A stretch of DNA of 62,975 bases, filler included, from Choristocarpus tenellus KU-1152 (Eukaryota > Protista > Phaeophyceae): the NCBI GenBank assembly GCA_964200185.2. It is 9 parts of 9 records of this genome, joined end to end, with 100 filler letters (N's around TTAATTAATTAA, not from the genome) between each part and the next. Parts side by side here need not be neighbours in the genome. Positions count along the whole stretch, not along the records: positions 1 to 7,993 come from CAXNAD020005291.1; positions 8,094 to 13,633 come from CAXNAD020010472.1; 7 more parts are not named here. One strand, written 5' to 3'. The notes under the pieces were generated by a model, which had not been told where the DNA came from, did no database searches, and saw nothing but the letters and a program-made list of their open reading frames with translations. Position 1 is the stretch's first letter; each line of letters begins with the position of its first letter. A program made the translations under genes and the position numbers. This document shows, piece by piece, positions 1-11,000 of this stretch.

Positions 1-3000
1 GGGGGGAGAAACCCTTACCGATGAGCACCGGGCTATTTATGCTGAACGTATTGCAAATGCTACAACTGTGGAGGAGGTGGGTATTTGATCACACTGGGGG
101 GAAGGGGGGGGAGGTTATGGTTTGGTTTAGTTTGGCTTGGCTTGGATGAGCTTTTTTTTGGTGTTGTAGTAGAGGGATGGAGGGAATGAGGTATCCTTGT
201 GCTGCAGTGTTGGCCTTTTCAGCTGTTGCCTGGTGGAGTTGAGTCTCTCCCCTCGCATGCTTTTGGAATTGTTGTACATTGTGTGGTATTGTTGTCTTAT
301 GTACAATTTTGGAATGTTGGGAATGCCTTCCGCAACCGAGAATTTTTGAAGTGATCAATATTATTATTATTATTATTATTTTGTGTTGATTAAATAGTGT
401 CATATTTACGACTTTTTTTAATCTCTGATGTTGCCTTCCTGTTTGTTTGTCTGTCTCCCTTCCCCTCCCTCCCCCTCCCCTCTGCCACTACCTCTGCCAC
501 TACCTCTACAACTTGCAGGTGGAAAGGCTGTCAAAGAAGATCAAGGCGGGAATAATTCCATCTGCAAACTACAAGGGGGGAGGGGGGCACGGGGCAAAGG
601 AAAATGGCCACAATGGCACCACTGGTGCTGTAGCCAATGGTACACTGGGGTCAGGGATTGGGGGCACAACAGGGAGTGGAGGAGAGGCCGATGAGGCAAT
701 TCCAACATCTGAGGTCACAGCAATAATGCAAGACGGAGGGGGGGGCGGGGGAGAGGGTGTTGGGGGAGAGGGGGGTAGTGCCAGAAAATCAGTGACAGAA
801 GAAGTTTCTGTAGGATTGGAGGAGATGACCATAGAAGGTAGTGAGGCAAAGGGTTTATCTTCAAGTGAATGGAATGGATCTAGTCAAGCGGTGGGTTTGG
901 CTATGGAGGTGGAGGAAGAGGAACCTGAACCAACCCAGCCTAAGGAGAGTGATACAGAGAAGGAAGGTGATATGGTGGAGATGAAGGAGAAGAAGGAAGA
1001 GATGGAAAAGGAGGGAGAAATGGAGGAGGAAGAGGCAATAGCACAAGGTGAAGCTGAGACTGGGGCACAGGGACAAGATGTTGATACGGAGGTTACAGCT
1101 GAGGCTATGGAGGAGGAAGGGGGGAAGGGGGAGGAAGGAGAAGCAAAGGGAGTAGGGGAGCCACAAGATGTTCCAGAAGAGGAGGAAAAGGGGGGAGGGG
1201 ATAAGGAGGAGCAAGAAGCAACGATGGAGGGAAATGAGGGGGGAGGGGAGGGGGAGGGGGAGGGAGAGCAAAAGGAAGAAGCGCAGGAACCGAATCTTTC
1301 GAAGGAGGAGATCATGAATTTTAAGGTAAGCAAATGGTGAATATGATGTATGCAGGGTGTGTGTGATGGATCATGATGGACTGTTATTTTTCGTAAAACT
1401 TTTTTTGTTTTGTTTGATAAATATATATATAATACTATTAAGATAGTGTGGTGCTGGGGTTATAAGGTTGTTTAACATCATCGAAGGGTGTTGATATTTG
1501 TTGAGAACGTTATCTTAAGTTGTGCTGCTTCTGTTTTTTATTGCTCTCCTTTGTGTTGGCTCTGACCTGACCATGCGACCAGGAACATTGAATTTTTGTT
1601 TATGGATTATTATTATTATTATGAATGCAATTGCTTACTGCTGAGGATTAGGGCTCAGTTATGAGAGTTTTTGTGGAAGGTTTGTTGGTGTAAGTAATAA
1701 TCCATTGCAACACTTTCAGCCTTGATTATTGCAGTTGTTGTTATAGAAAGGTATTGAGGTATTGTGGACCACGAAATGCAGTGTATGTTTTGCATTTGGG
1801 GAAGCTGTACCTTCATAAGAGAAGTACCTCATATGGTCTTTTCTGAACAATAGGTAAAGTGAGTTGAAGTGCAATCGATTTTCAAATGGAGTGTTTCCAG
1901 ACGATTTAATTTTTGATCTGCAGTTTCTTTTGGTTGACAGCAGTCGTTGACCTTGATGATAGGGATGTGGGCTAGAGTGTTGTCTCTTGTCCTCACCTGG
2001 TTCATTATCTTTTGGAGGTGGTTTGGAGAAAAGAGATCGTTGTTTAAACCATAGTTTTTTGCTGTTATATTGGGCTTATCCAGGGTGCATCAGTTGAGCT
2101 TGATGATATGACAGTGTGATGTGTGTTGCCGGACCATGCCGCTCTCACTAGATAGGCTCTAGCGCAGTATGAAGGCAATAATCCGATTTGTTCATTGGGT
2201 TTTTGTAGTATCTTTGGTTGCTCTCAACTCTGCTGTTTCAGAGGAATGTTGTGTGTTTGTGTCAATGTTTTTGTGTCTGGTGAGACTGTTGTCACGCAGT
2301 TGATAAGGATAAGTCAGCGCTGTATGCATGTTTGGAGGTACCTTGATTTCAGGTTGGTCCTGGTCACTCTACCTTACTTGATGGGTACATCCCCTGTGAT
2401 GGTAGCAGCAGTGGGAAGTGGGAAGTGGAATAGGGTAGTGAGCTCTTGTTATTGATTCCACTACTGCTGTTGTTGGTGTCATGCTATGAAGAGGCTTTGT
2501 GTTGGTTGACTCAGTAACTTCAATCTTGAAGATAGACCTTTGATGCTGTTAAATGTTCCTCCCGTGTTTTTGTTTGAAGCAATTGGATTCTCAGCACTGC
2601 TGAGTATGTTTACTGCCCTCAGTCCAAGGGCTCCCACCCAGTTTGTGTGGGAAGTTTTGATCTTGAAAAGTGTATGTAGTGTATGTATAATATATATATG
2701 TGAGTGAAAGTATCTTAGAGGGTACGAATTTTGTCCTGTTTGTCCATTTGGGGGTTGGCTTTCCATGGGTTTTTATTCACATTTTACCTACTCCAAAATG
2801 TTTCGGAGTTGGTAACATGTATACGTTATGAAAAGGAGTGGCCAGACAAGGATATTGACATCTCCTAACATGATAGTCAAAATAACATCAAAATTGCAAC
2901 ATTGGATTTTGGTCCTCAAATAGATGCGGCTGTACCCTCTAAGATACTTTGGCTCATACATATGATGCTGAGGTTGAGAGGGGGGTAGGGGAGGTTGTGC

Positions 3001-4060
3001 AGTGAATGTGTTTCTGTTGGCTTACTCTCCCATGAAGACACTTTTTTCCGTTGATTCTATTGGTGGAAATCTAGTGCTGGTTTATTGCGCCATGTTTCCT
3101 TAGAGGTGTACAAATCAATGTTGTCATGCCTCAAACTTTCAAGTAGTCTGTTAGCTTAAACTTGATTAGACCCCTATTATATCCAATTACGATTCCCTAT
3201 TATCATGTAGCTCTGGGCGACTTTGGGCACTCCAGTCTGTCGTGCGCACAGTTTACCTGCCCTTAAACCTTAAGGGTCACTGTATATATATGTACATGCC
3301 TAGAGGTTAAGTGTGGTTTGCCACAGGTGACTGTGGACTGATTGATGACTTCATTGTTCCTCTAGGGATAATATTGCTATGGCAGGAGAGAGCAAACTTA
3401 CTCCCTCCATTTTTTTTTTAATATGTGATGGCAAAGTGTAGAATGAGTGTCAGTCAGTGTTGTTTCCTTGTTGTATACTAGTATGTGCTCTTCCAACTGG
3501 TGGGTGATCCATGAACTTTTTATTATTATGCTCCCTGCCCTGCTGTCAACTCTTGTGATGTATGTCACTTTGTGAAGTCTTGGTCCCTGCTGGTGTTGAC
3601 AATTACCACTGTTCAAGAGCATCGATACTGCTGGGGAGGACAGCTTTTGTGACCTCTATTTAGCTTTTGTGTACTTAGCCAAGTCTGCTTGAGCGCACCT
3701 GCCCTCATGTGACAACCAAAATGTTTTGGGTATGTGTACATGTTTGCATGTAGTTGTTGTTTCCAACAAGTATCAGTGATGCAGTGATCACTGATACACC
3801 TACTCGATATATGCCCCTGGTGTCTTCATCAACGTCACTTAGTGTCTGTTTCCGATTTCTTTCCTCTTTTTTTTAGTGTTTTTTTTTAGTGCTTCGTTGA
3901 GAAATATGTGTATAATGTGCGTGTGTGTGTGTGTGTGTATGTGTGGTTTTATTTGGAACAGGTTGCCCAGCTGAAGAAGGAACTGCTTGCCATTGAACTG
4001 CCCACAAATGGACTCAAGGCGGAGCTACAGAAGCGTCTCCTCGTGGCTATGGGCTACTGA
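1..4060 (+). CDS. SNRPA1: U2 snRNP A'-like protein, 3' part, with Glu-rich linker and C-terminal SAP domain (exons <1-76, 519-1325, 3962-4060)
   Basis: Joining GT-AG exons in phase 0 gives LTDEHRAIYAERIANATTVEE|VERLSKKIKAGIIP, matching the U2A' C-terminal motif (AIANASTLxEVERL...G.IP). Then ~250 aa of G/E-rich sequence and IMNFK|VAQLKKELLAIELPTNGLKAELQKRLL (SAP consensus); TGA at 4058-4060. The LRR N-terminus is outside the window. Confidence 0.75.
2702..2955 (+). mobile_element. MITE family A (~255 bp, Sola2-like), intronic copy
   Basis: Terminal inverted repeats GAGTGAAAGTATCTTAGAGGGTAC ... GTACCCTCTAAGATACTTTGGCTC; same internal sequence as four other full copies; TSD not clear for this copy. 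Confidence 0.85.
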
Positions 4061-5213
4061 ATGAAGCGATTTCAGTCTCTCGCATACAAGTGTTGCTGGT
4101 ATTGTGTGTAGGGCAATATATACACTTGTAATGTTATCATACAGCAGCACCAACATCCATGTGTTTGGTCTGGGCAATAGCAAAGAACTCTGGTGATGGA
4201 GATGTCGATATCACCACATGTTTCACCTGCAGGAGAGGACACAAGGTCGTTGTTCTTGCCCTTTTGAGGGTTAAATGTCTTTTAATAAAGTGTGCTTGGC
4301 TCTCTGGTTGATCTCATATTTTCTTTCTGGGGGGGGGAGTGAGAGTGTTTTACCATCTACGGTAAGCCGTGCGTATCACACACCAGTTTGATGAGAATTT
4401 CACATCAGAAGACACACAAAGGGACTGTCGTGTGAGTAAGGGGATAGCTGAGGATGAGGAGCAGGGTTGCACAGCATGGTGAGGTAAACTGTTCTTGGCG
4501 CAGAGGGTGATAAGGTAGAAGGGGTGCCTACTTTTTCATTCCTGGACTATAGGGATGTGGATAGCTTTTAGTATTATGATATCCAGTCTGTTGAAAATAG
4601 GAGTGTTTAGGTGTTGGGGATCAGAGGTTGAGGTGGGAAGAGGGGGTCTTTGTTCTTGTTTGGTTTGGTTCATACTATCATAAGGTTTCTAACAATATAT
4701 TGGTCTACTAGCAAGGAGCTTTGATTATGAGTTGTTCAGGGCAACATGGTTTTGTCCTTGTTGTGGGGAGGTATTTGATGGCTCCACATCCCTTCTACTA
4801 CATTTGCTGTTCGTCCCCATTCCTTTTCAGTACCCCTGGCCAATAATAGATTGATTACCAAGGAGAATTCTCCCTGCTTTACACTTGCTTATCACAGAGT
4901 GCAGAAGACATCAGCAGGAGTTTCTGTTGTTGATACAGGGAAAGGGCATGACACTGCTCCTACACTCCACTTTGTAGATCGACTATTTAGCAAATTGGCA
5001 CTTACCCCAACTCTCAAACTTGCAAATGTTATGTTCCAATCCCTGCTCCCACACAAGCTGTTTAATTTGACATTTAGAGTGTAGACCGTGCACACATTGG
5101 TCTATCTTTGTGTTACCAGTATCAGCTCCCTTCCTCATGCATCTTCTTGCACGTGTGTTTGCACCAGTGACTCTCAAGAGAAATATAGAAGTATCTTCAT
5201 TTCTTTGTTGTTT

Positions 5214-5850
5214 TGCTAGGATTAGGGCGAGGTTGCTAGGTTTTTTTTTGTCAGACCTAGCCCCAAACGGATTTGACTGGTTCTAGCTCGTTGCCATTTC
5301 CGATTCTCCTCCATATCGTACATCTACTCGCAAGCTTGCTCCTTGTGTATTTCATGTTGTGAGTACTGGCTCTCCTTCTTGCATGTGTGATTGCACCCAG
5401 CTGCATTCTCCTGCCCACAAACATTTCATTTATCTGTCTTGTGCCAGATATATCTGGCTATACTCCTGTACCTGATCTTTGTCTATCGTTAGTCTATGCA
5501 GTTTCGTCTTGTTTCTCATTGTGTCCAAATAGGTACTTTTTACAACTACTCCGGGAATATCTTGCTACTGTATATTACATACATACCCCCCCCCCCCTGT
5601 GCCTTTCCTCCTAGAGATGTAAGAGAACTGTGGTCACGAACTGGTGGGTCTTTTTCTTCTCCCTCTAATCCTTCTCTTCTTCTCCTAGCAGTCTCCCTGG
5701 GTTTGCCTAGGCACACGGCAATGGGGCACTGCTTGCTGTGGGTTCTAACTGGGGGGTATTATCTTTCTTACCTTTTCCCCTCAGGGTAAACTCTCACGGG
5801 CTTGACCAGGCACACCCCTTCACTGCACCTGGAGCTGCTGGATGATATTC
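5214..5850 (-). mobile_element. Probable LTR-retrotransposon 3' end (PPT plus LTR ~5214-5583)
   Basis: On the minus strand a polypurine tract AGGAAAGGCACAG(G)n precedes TGT, and the segment is bounded by TG...CA. It shares motifs with 6930-7140 in inverted orientation. Confidence 0.4.
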
Positions 5851-6514
5851 GCACAACCTGTGAAGAGTTGGATTTATGTGAACAAGTACTCTACTCCGTA
5901 GTACAAAATGTTGATATAAGGGGTTAAATCATCATGATATAATCATACCCACAGGCATTATTTTGGGGTACTTACCTTTGTTATACCCTACTGCATGCAC
6001 TGGGCAATTGAGCATCCATTTGGCTTAATATTGCACTTGGCACCCTCAGCGACTGATGGTCATTTGTAGTCTGGCATTGTTTGTTCCTTTGTTGCATTAC
6101 TGATTGCTCCCAGTGCACTGAGGCATGTCTCTAGGTGCCAGAAAGTGGAATTTGTAGGCAATTGTACCGTTGAGGAGTACCTTTGCAAGTTACTTCCTGC
6201 CACTACCAATGGACGTACGAGGATAAGGACTTCTTCCCTTAATTGAAGGTTCGGAAGTGTGGGAACGTTGGTGGTAGGAGCTACATGATCCGCACTCTAA
6301 TCAAAGCAACCAGAGGGATTGAGGTGGGAATGTGTTTTGCGTTTCGTTTTCATTTCGCTGTATTCGTATCTGTTCTTCAAACGAGCATGTGACGAACAAA
6401 CTCTTTCTTACTTTCCCGGGTGTCTGTTGTGATAATATGTTCTTGTGTGTTTGGTACATGTGCCCCATGTTGGTGTCGTCTCTTTCTGCTTCGTCTACCA
6501 TCTAGATAGTTAAA

Positions 6515-6695
6515 GGTTCAAAGTATCTGGGGGGGAGGGGGGGGTCTACACCAGGGTGTCCATTTGGGTCCTGACCAGGTAAAGTGCGTTAACATAATCC
6601 ATCCGACACATGCAACCAAATCACTCAAAAAATGCGAAATGGAAAAAAGGGCCCCAAGTGGACAGCGGCCACCCCCCCCCCAGATACTTTGAGCC
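6515..6695. mobile_element. MITE family B (poly-G subterminal, ~180 bp), complete copy
   Basis: GGTTCAAAGTATCTGGGGG ... CCCCCAGATACTTTGAGCC with a TAAA 4-bp TSD (6511-6514 and 6696-6699). Confidence 0.85.
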
Positions 6696-6929
6696 TAAAC
6701 AAACTCAGATGAAGTAAGTGTTGCGATAATCCTGTCAAGCGATGACCCTGCTGAGCACTACTCCTGTGTCTCATTGGCTATAACCATAATAGGCTACTTC
6801 CGTGACCAGGATGTGCTACTACTTCAGGGTACAATACTGTGCATTGGTAACAGGATAGACTGCACCAGGGGGAAGAGTAGAAGAAGCTCCACCAGGTAGG
6901 AGTAGTCACTGTGCTCCAAGTGCCCCAGA

Positions 6930-7400
6930 AGGAAAAGAACAGTGAGGATGTATGCCTGGGTAAACCCATGGGGTCTGTGCCGGGAGAACAATAGAAGGTG
7001 AAGATCTGCCACTAAGTTACCACAGTACCCAAGCAGCATCAGGAGAAAAGGCAAATGGAGGTCTGCATCTGGGGGAAAAGAGGACAAGAACCTCCACCAG
7101 TTAGCAGCACCAGGATGAAAGGCACAGGGGGAAACTGTTCATATTGATTGTTCCTTTACCCCATACATATTTTACCGTAACTGTCCGATAGAGTTGGAAG
7201 AGTCTAATCGAACACATCCCCCCCCCAGACACCTCCTCCTGAAGTCCAAAAAGGTGCATAATATGATCAACATTTGAAGGACTTTTCAATTTTCAATTTT
7301 CACCGCACTCTAGTCTGATAGACACAGAAAATAGAACAGTACCTATAAATAGTGCGTATTATTAGTTTTGATTTAGTAGGACCGATCCAGGGCCATCCGA
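6930..7400 (+). mobile_element. Second LTR-retrotransposon 3'-end remnant, related to 5214-5850
   Basis: PPT-like GAAAGGCACAGGGGGAAAC followed by TGT at 7136; shared GGGTTT..C.AGGCA.AC motif. Right boundary uncertain. Confidence 0.35.
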
Positions 7401-7914
7401 GAGTATAAGCAGACCAGGCGACGGACCTGCCTGTTGTGGTAGAATGTATCTTAATACTTGTAAAGTCAAACAATCAATTATTGCTTGATTTATTAGAACC
7501 TTTTACTAGTGATTAGTTGTATGAGAAAAAATTTCATATAAAAGGAAACATTTCTGATTTTATGGGGTGCTGCATGCCCCACTTAACTTTAATCAATCAC
7601 TCTACAGACACCAAGCACTCTCGCTGGGTTTATCACCATTATCCTCTTTGACGATTTGGGAGATACTTTAACAGAAGCTGTATCTGGGTAACAGGGATAA
7701 TCAGCAGCGCCCATGTAGGAGGAACGGGTTATGCCAGAGAGAGGGAGTATCTGCGCGTACCTGTTGTTTCAAAATATTAGAGCTAAACGTACATGTGTAA
7801 CTGTGGGATCTGTGTGAAACTTGACCTTCAAAGTGATCAACATGGAAGTCCTAACTATTAACAAAGGCAGCACAGGCCAGGGTCCCGCCAGATAGCAAAA
7901 AAAAAAACGGAATT

Positions 7915-7993
7915 GAGTCAAAGTAAATGAGAGGTACCCAGAGTTGTATCGAAAATTTTCAAACAATAGAGAAGGGTCAAAGTATCTGGGGGG
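7915..7993 (+). mobile_element. MITE family C end (7915) followed by a family B end (7974), truncated by the contig break
   Basis: GAGTCAAAGTAAATGAGAGGTACCCAGAG matches 30617; GGGTCAAAGTATCTGGGGGG runs into the gap. Confidence 0.7.
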
Positions 7994-8093
7994 NNNNNNN
8001 NNNNNNNNNNNNNNNNNNNNNNNNNNNNNNNNNNNNNTTAATTAATTAANNNNNNNNNNNNNNNNNNNNNNNNNNNNNNNNNNNNNNNNNNNN
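7994..8093. other. Artificial contig linker (N44-TTAATTAATTAA-N44); also at 13634-13733, 20653-20752, 24431-24530, 28600-28699, 50154-50253, 55876-55975, 58542-58641
   Basis: Eight identical 100-bp spacers with a central sequence giving stops in all six frames. Confidence 0.97.
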
Positions 8094-11000
8094 GTTTCAA
8101 CATGCTCCAACCTGTTTTGTCCCAAAAACCCCTGCCCACTGTCTGTGCTGCGCTGACAAATCAACCTGCTTCTGCTCCTGGGAAATATGGGATCACATTC
8201 ATTTCTAAGAGCAATGCACCCACACCCGTACGACCAGCAACACCCACCACCCAGTCTGTGCCCCGATCCACGTCTTCGTTAACCACAGACAGAGCAAGCG
8301 ATACAGGTCGACACCATTTGGGTAAGGATTTGCCTTCACCATCTGCTCCCCAGGGTGAGGTTGTCGAGTCGCTTAAGGCACATCGAGTTTGCTTCCATCA
8401 AGCTTTTGGTCACGACTGCTTCAAGTCTATTAGCCGTAGGTGTAGGTATACTCACGACGACTCCATAGTACCTAAGGGTTACTTTGCATATCTTTCCCAA
8501 GATAAGCAAAGTACTACCCCAGTGAATGAGTCGCGTACGATGGAGCCTTGATAGACTCCCATTTACATTACCATGCCGCAATGCAGGACTTTGAGTTCCC
8601 GCCACTATTTGCAAGTAGCCTGACTGATTCTGAAGTACCTGAGTTACCCTGAGGGTTCACCCTGGAGTGTTCAATTCCAGGGAACTTAGCCACTGTAGCC
8701 ATAGGAAGCAGGATCCTCACACCTACCTCGACAATATCCACTATGTCAACTGCCCAATGAATTAGTCAAGTATGGCTATCTGCCTTGCTGTGGCACCCTC
8801 GCAAAGTCCGCTCGAGAACGCCTGTACAGATACTCCTTGAAACAGGTACAGGAGATCGGAACTACATTTCGTCTGCTTTTTGGCGCAGTACTACTCTCTG
8901 GGGAGGTAGCACCGGCCTGCCGCATCTTAACCAAACAGGTAAAGGTTCGTTGCATGCAGCAGATCCGAAAGGATGCAGTGTTCCACCTATGCAGGTACTA
9001 GGATCCTGCATCCTGCCAATATTGTTTCCTCCAGAGGATAGAGTCCCCAATGTGAAATTTAGAGTAGTGGAAGGCTTACCTTACGGGATGGTTCTAGGAG
9101 CAACATTCTGTAGGCAGAACAAGAGTATACTGTAATTTAGAGAAGGGAAAAACTTTCGACCAGCTCCAAACTCACCATGGATACCTTTTGTTTGAGCTGT
9201 GACACCCTGATCTCATTATAACAATACACCTCTGTCAGCCCTAGGAGAGTGGCAAGCATCAATGACACCCACAACCCGACCATCCAAGTACCACAGACTG
9301 CCTCTTAATAACCCCAGATCAACTGGATGTAGAGAACCCCCCCCTGACGCACTCCCTAGATTCCCAAGATGCACTAGTACCCTAACTGGTGAACATATGC
9401 CACCAGAGAAGGAACATGCAACTTTTTTTAAATGTAAACCCAGAAGCAGGCACCCAAGATGCGGATCCAGCGGCAGGTATCGCCACAATAGATCTTACCC
9501 AAGCTATGGATCCTCTGACCCCATCATTGGAGGATCCAAGTGTTGTACCCCTTCCAGTAGAGGTAGCGTGGGAGGATGATGGGACTCTGCAATGGGAATT
9601 GCGTCTGTCGGTTGTAGAACATGTAGAAGGGTTTGTCAGCAAAGTCTACAAAGGATTTGTTAGGGGGGCACAACCACAATCCAGAAAGTTGGTGGTGCTT
9701 GAACCCTTATCAGAGTATAACCTGGAATTAGGGAATGCTGTCGGAATTGCCAGAGGTGTACAATGGTGGAACACAGGAACCCCCATTTATGGCAAGCTGG
9801 TATCACCAGCATCTTTGATAAGCTTAAAGGTTCTAGCTATTTTAATGCCATAGATCTAGCATCAGGATTCTTTCAACTGGAAATCGCAGAGGTAGACAAA
9901 CATAAGACAGCCTTCCGTGACGCTCTCATCAACAACTTTGGGAATATAACAGGTGTGGCTTTGGATTGAAAATCTTGCCTGCAGTATTCTCTAGTTACAT
10001 AAGAGAGGCATTAGGAGATCTCAAGGAAAACGGTGTAGAAAACTGGCTAGACGATCTTTTTTGCTATAGCTCATCATTTGATGAGCGCATGACCAAACTT
10101 CGCCTCCTTCTTACCAGACTCAAGCAATACGGTCTGTCTTTGAACTTTCCCAAATCCTCGTGGTGCATATCCTCCCAAGAATTTGTAGGAATGAGGGTAG
10201 GGGTAGAGATGGCTTGAGTCCTCCTGCTCCATCAAAAATGATAGCAGTAGCAAAAAACTTGACCCCCCGTCTACACTTGAGCAGTTAAGGAGTTTTCTAG
10301 GCATGACAGGATACATGCGACAGTTTGTTCCGAACTATGGCCAAGTAGCTGCACCTTTGACTGACATCCTCCCGAACAAAGGGTATGCTTCCAAAAGAGA
10401 CAGGAAGAAGAGTATCCCTTGGGGACTAGAGGAGCAGAAAGCCTTTGAAGAACTTAAGGTGCGTCTGGTCTCTCCACCAATCCTAGTCTTTCCTGACTGG
10501 GACAAACCGTTCCTCCTCCATACAGATGCTAGTGAAGAAGGGGCTGGAGCAATCCTAACCCAGGTACAGGATGATGACCAAGAACATATCATAGCATCTG
10601 CTAGCCATAGATGGTCTAAAACAGACAGTAGGAGAGCACCCACTGAAAGGGAATGCATGGCCATCTTGTGGGCTGTAGAACACTTCCGTTCCTACATTCG
10701 AGGTAGGAAATTCACCCTAGTCACTGACTGCTCTGCACTGACCTGGCTCTTCAAGAGTCATAAACTTAGCCCCAAGCTCCACAGGTGGGTCCTCCGTCTT
10801 ATGGACCACGATATGGAACTGAAGTGGCGAGCAGGCTCGAAGCACCAGCTACCGGATGGAATGTCACTACTCTCCCCACCAACAGGATCAGGTCTGGATA
10901 TCGACGATCCTTTTCCTGACAATCCGTCGGTAGCTTGTAGCAAGAACTACGCTGGACCACGAGGACCTGTCTTAGATGGTGTATGTTTGCAGTATTTAGG

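Noticed and set aside
861-1333. Long antisense ORFs here and at 42128-42767 and 60295-60879
   Set aside because: Shadows of low-complexity E/K-rich exons on the opposite strand.
8038-8049. Palindromic TTAATTAATTAA repeated eight times
   Set aside because: Always centred in 100-bp N spacers, so it is an assembly linker and not biological.
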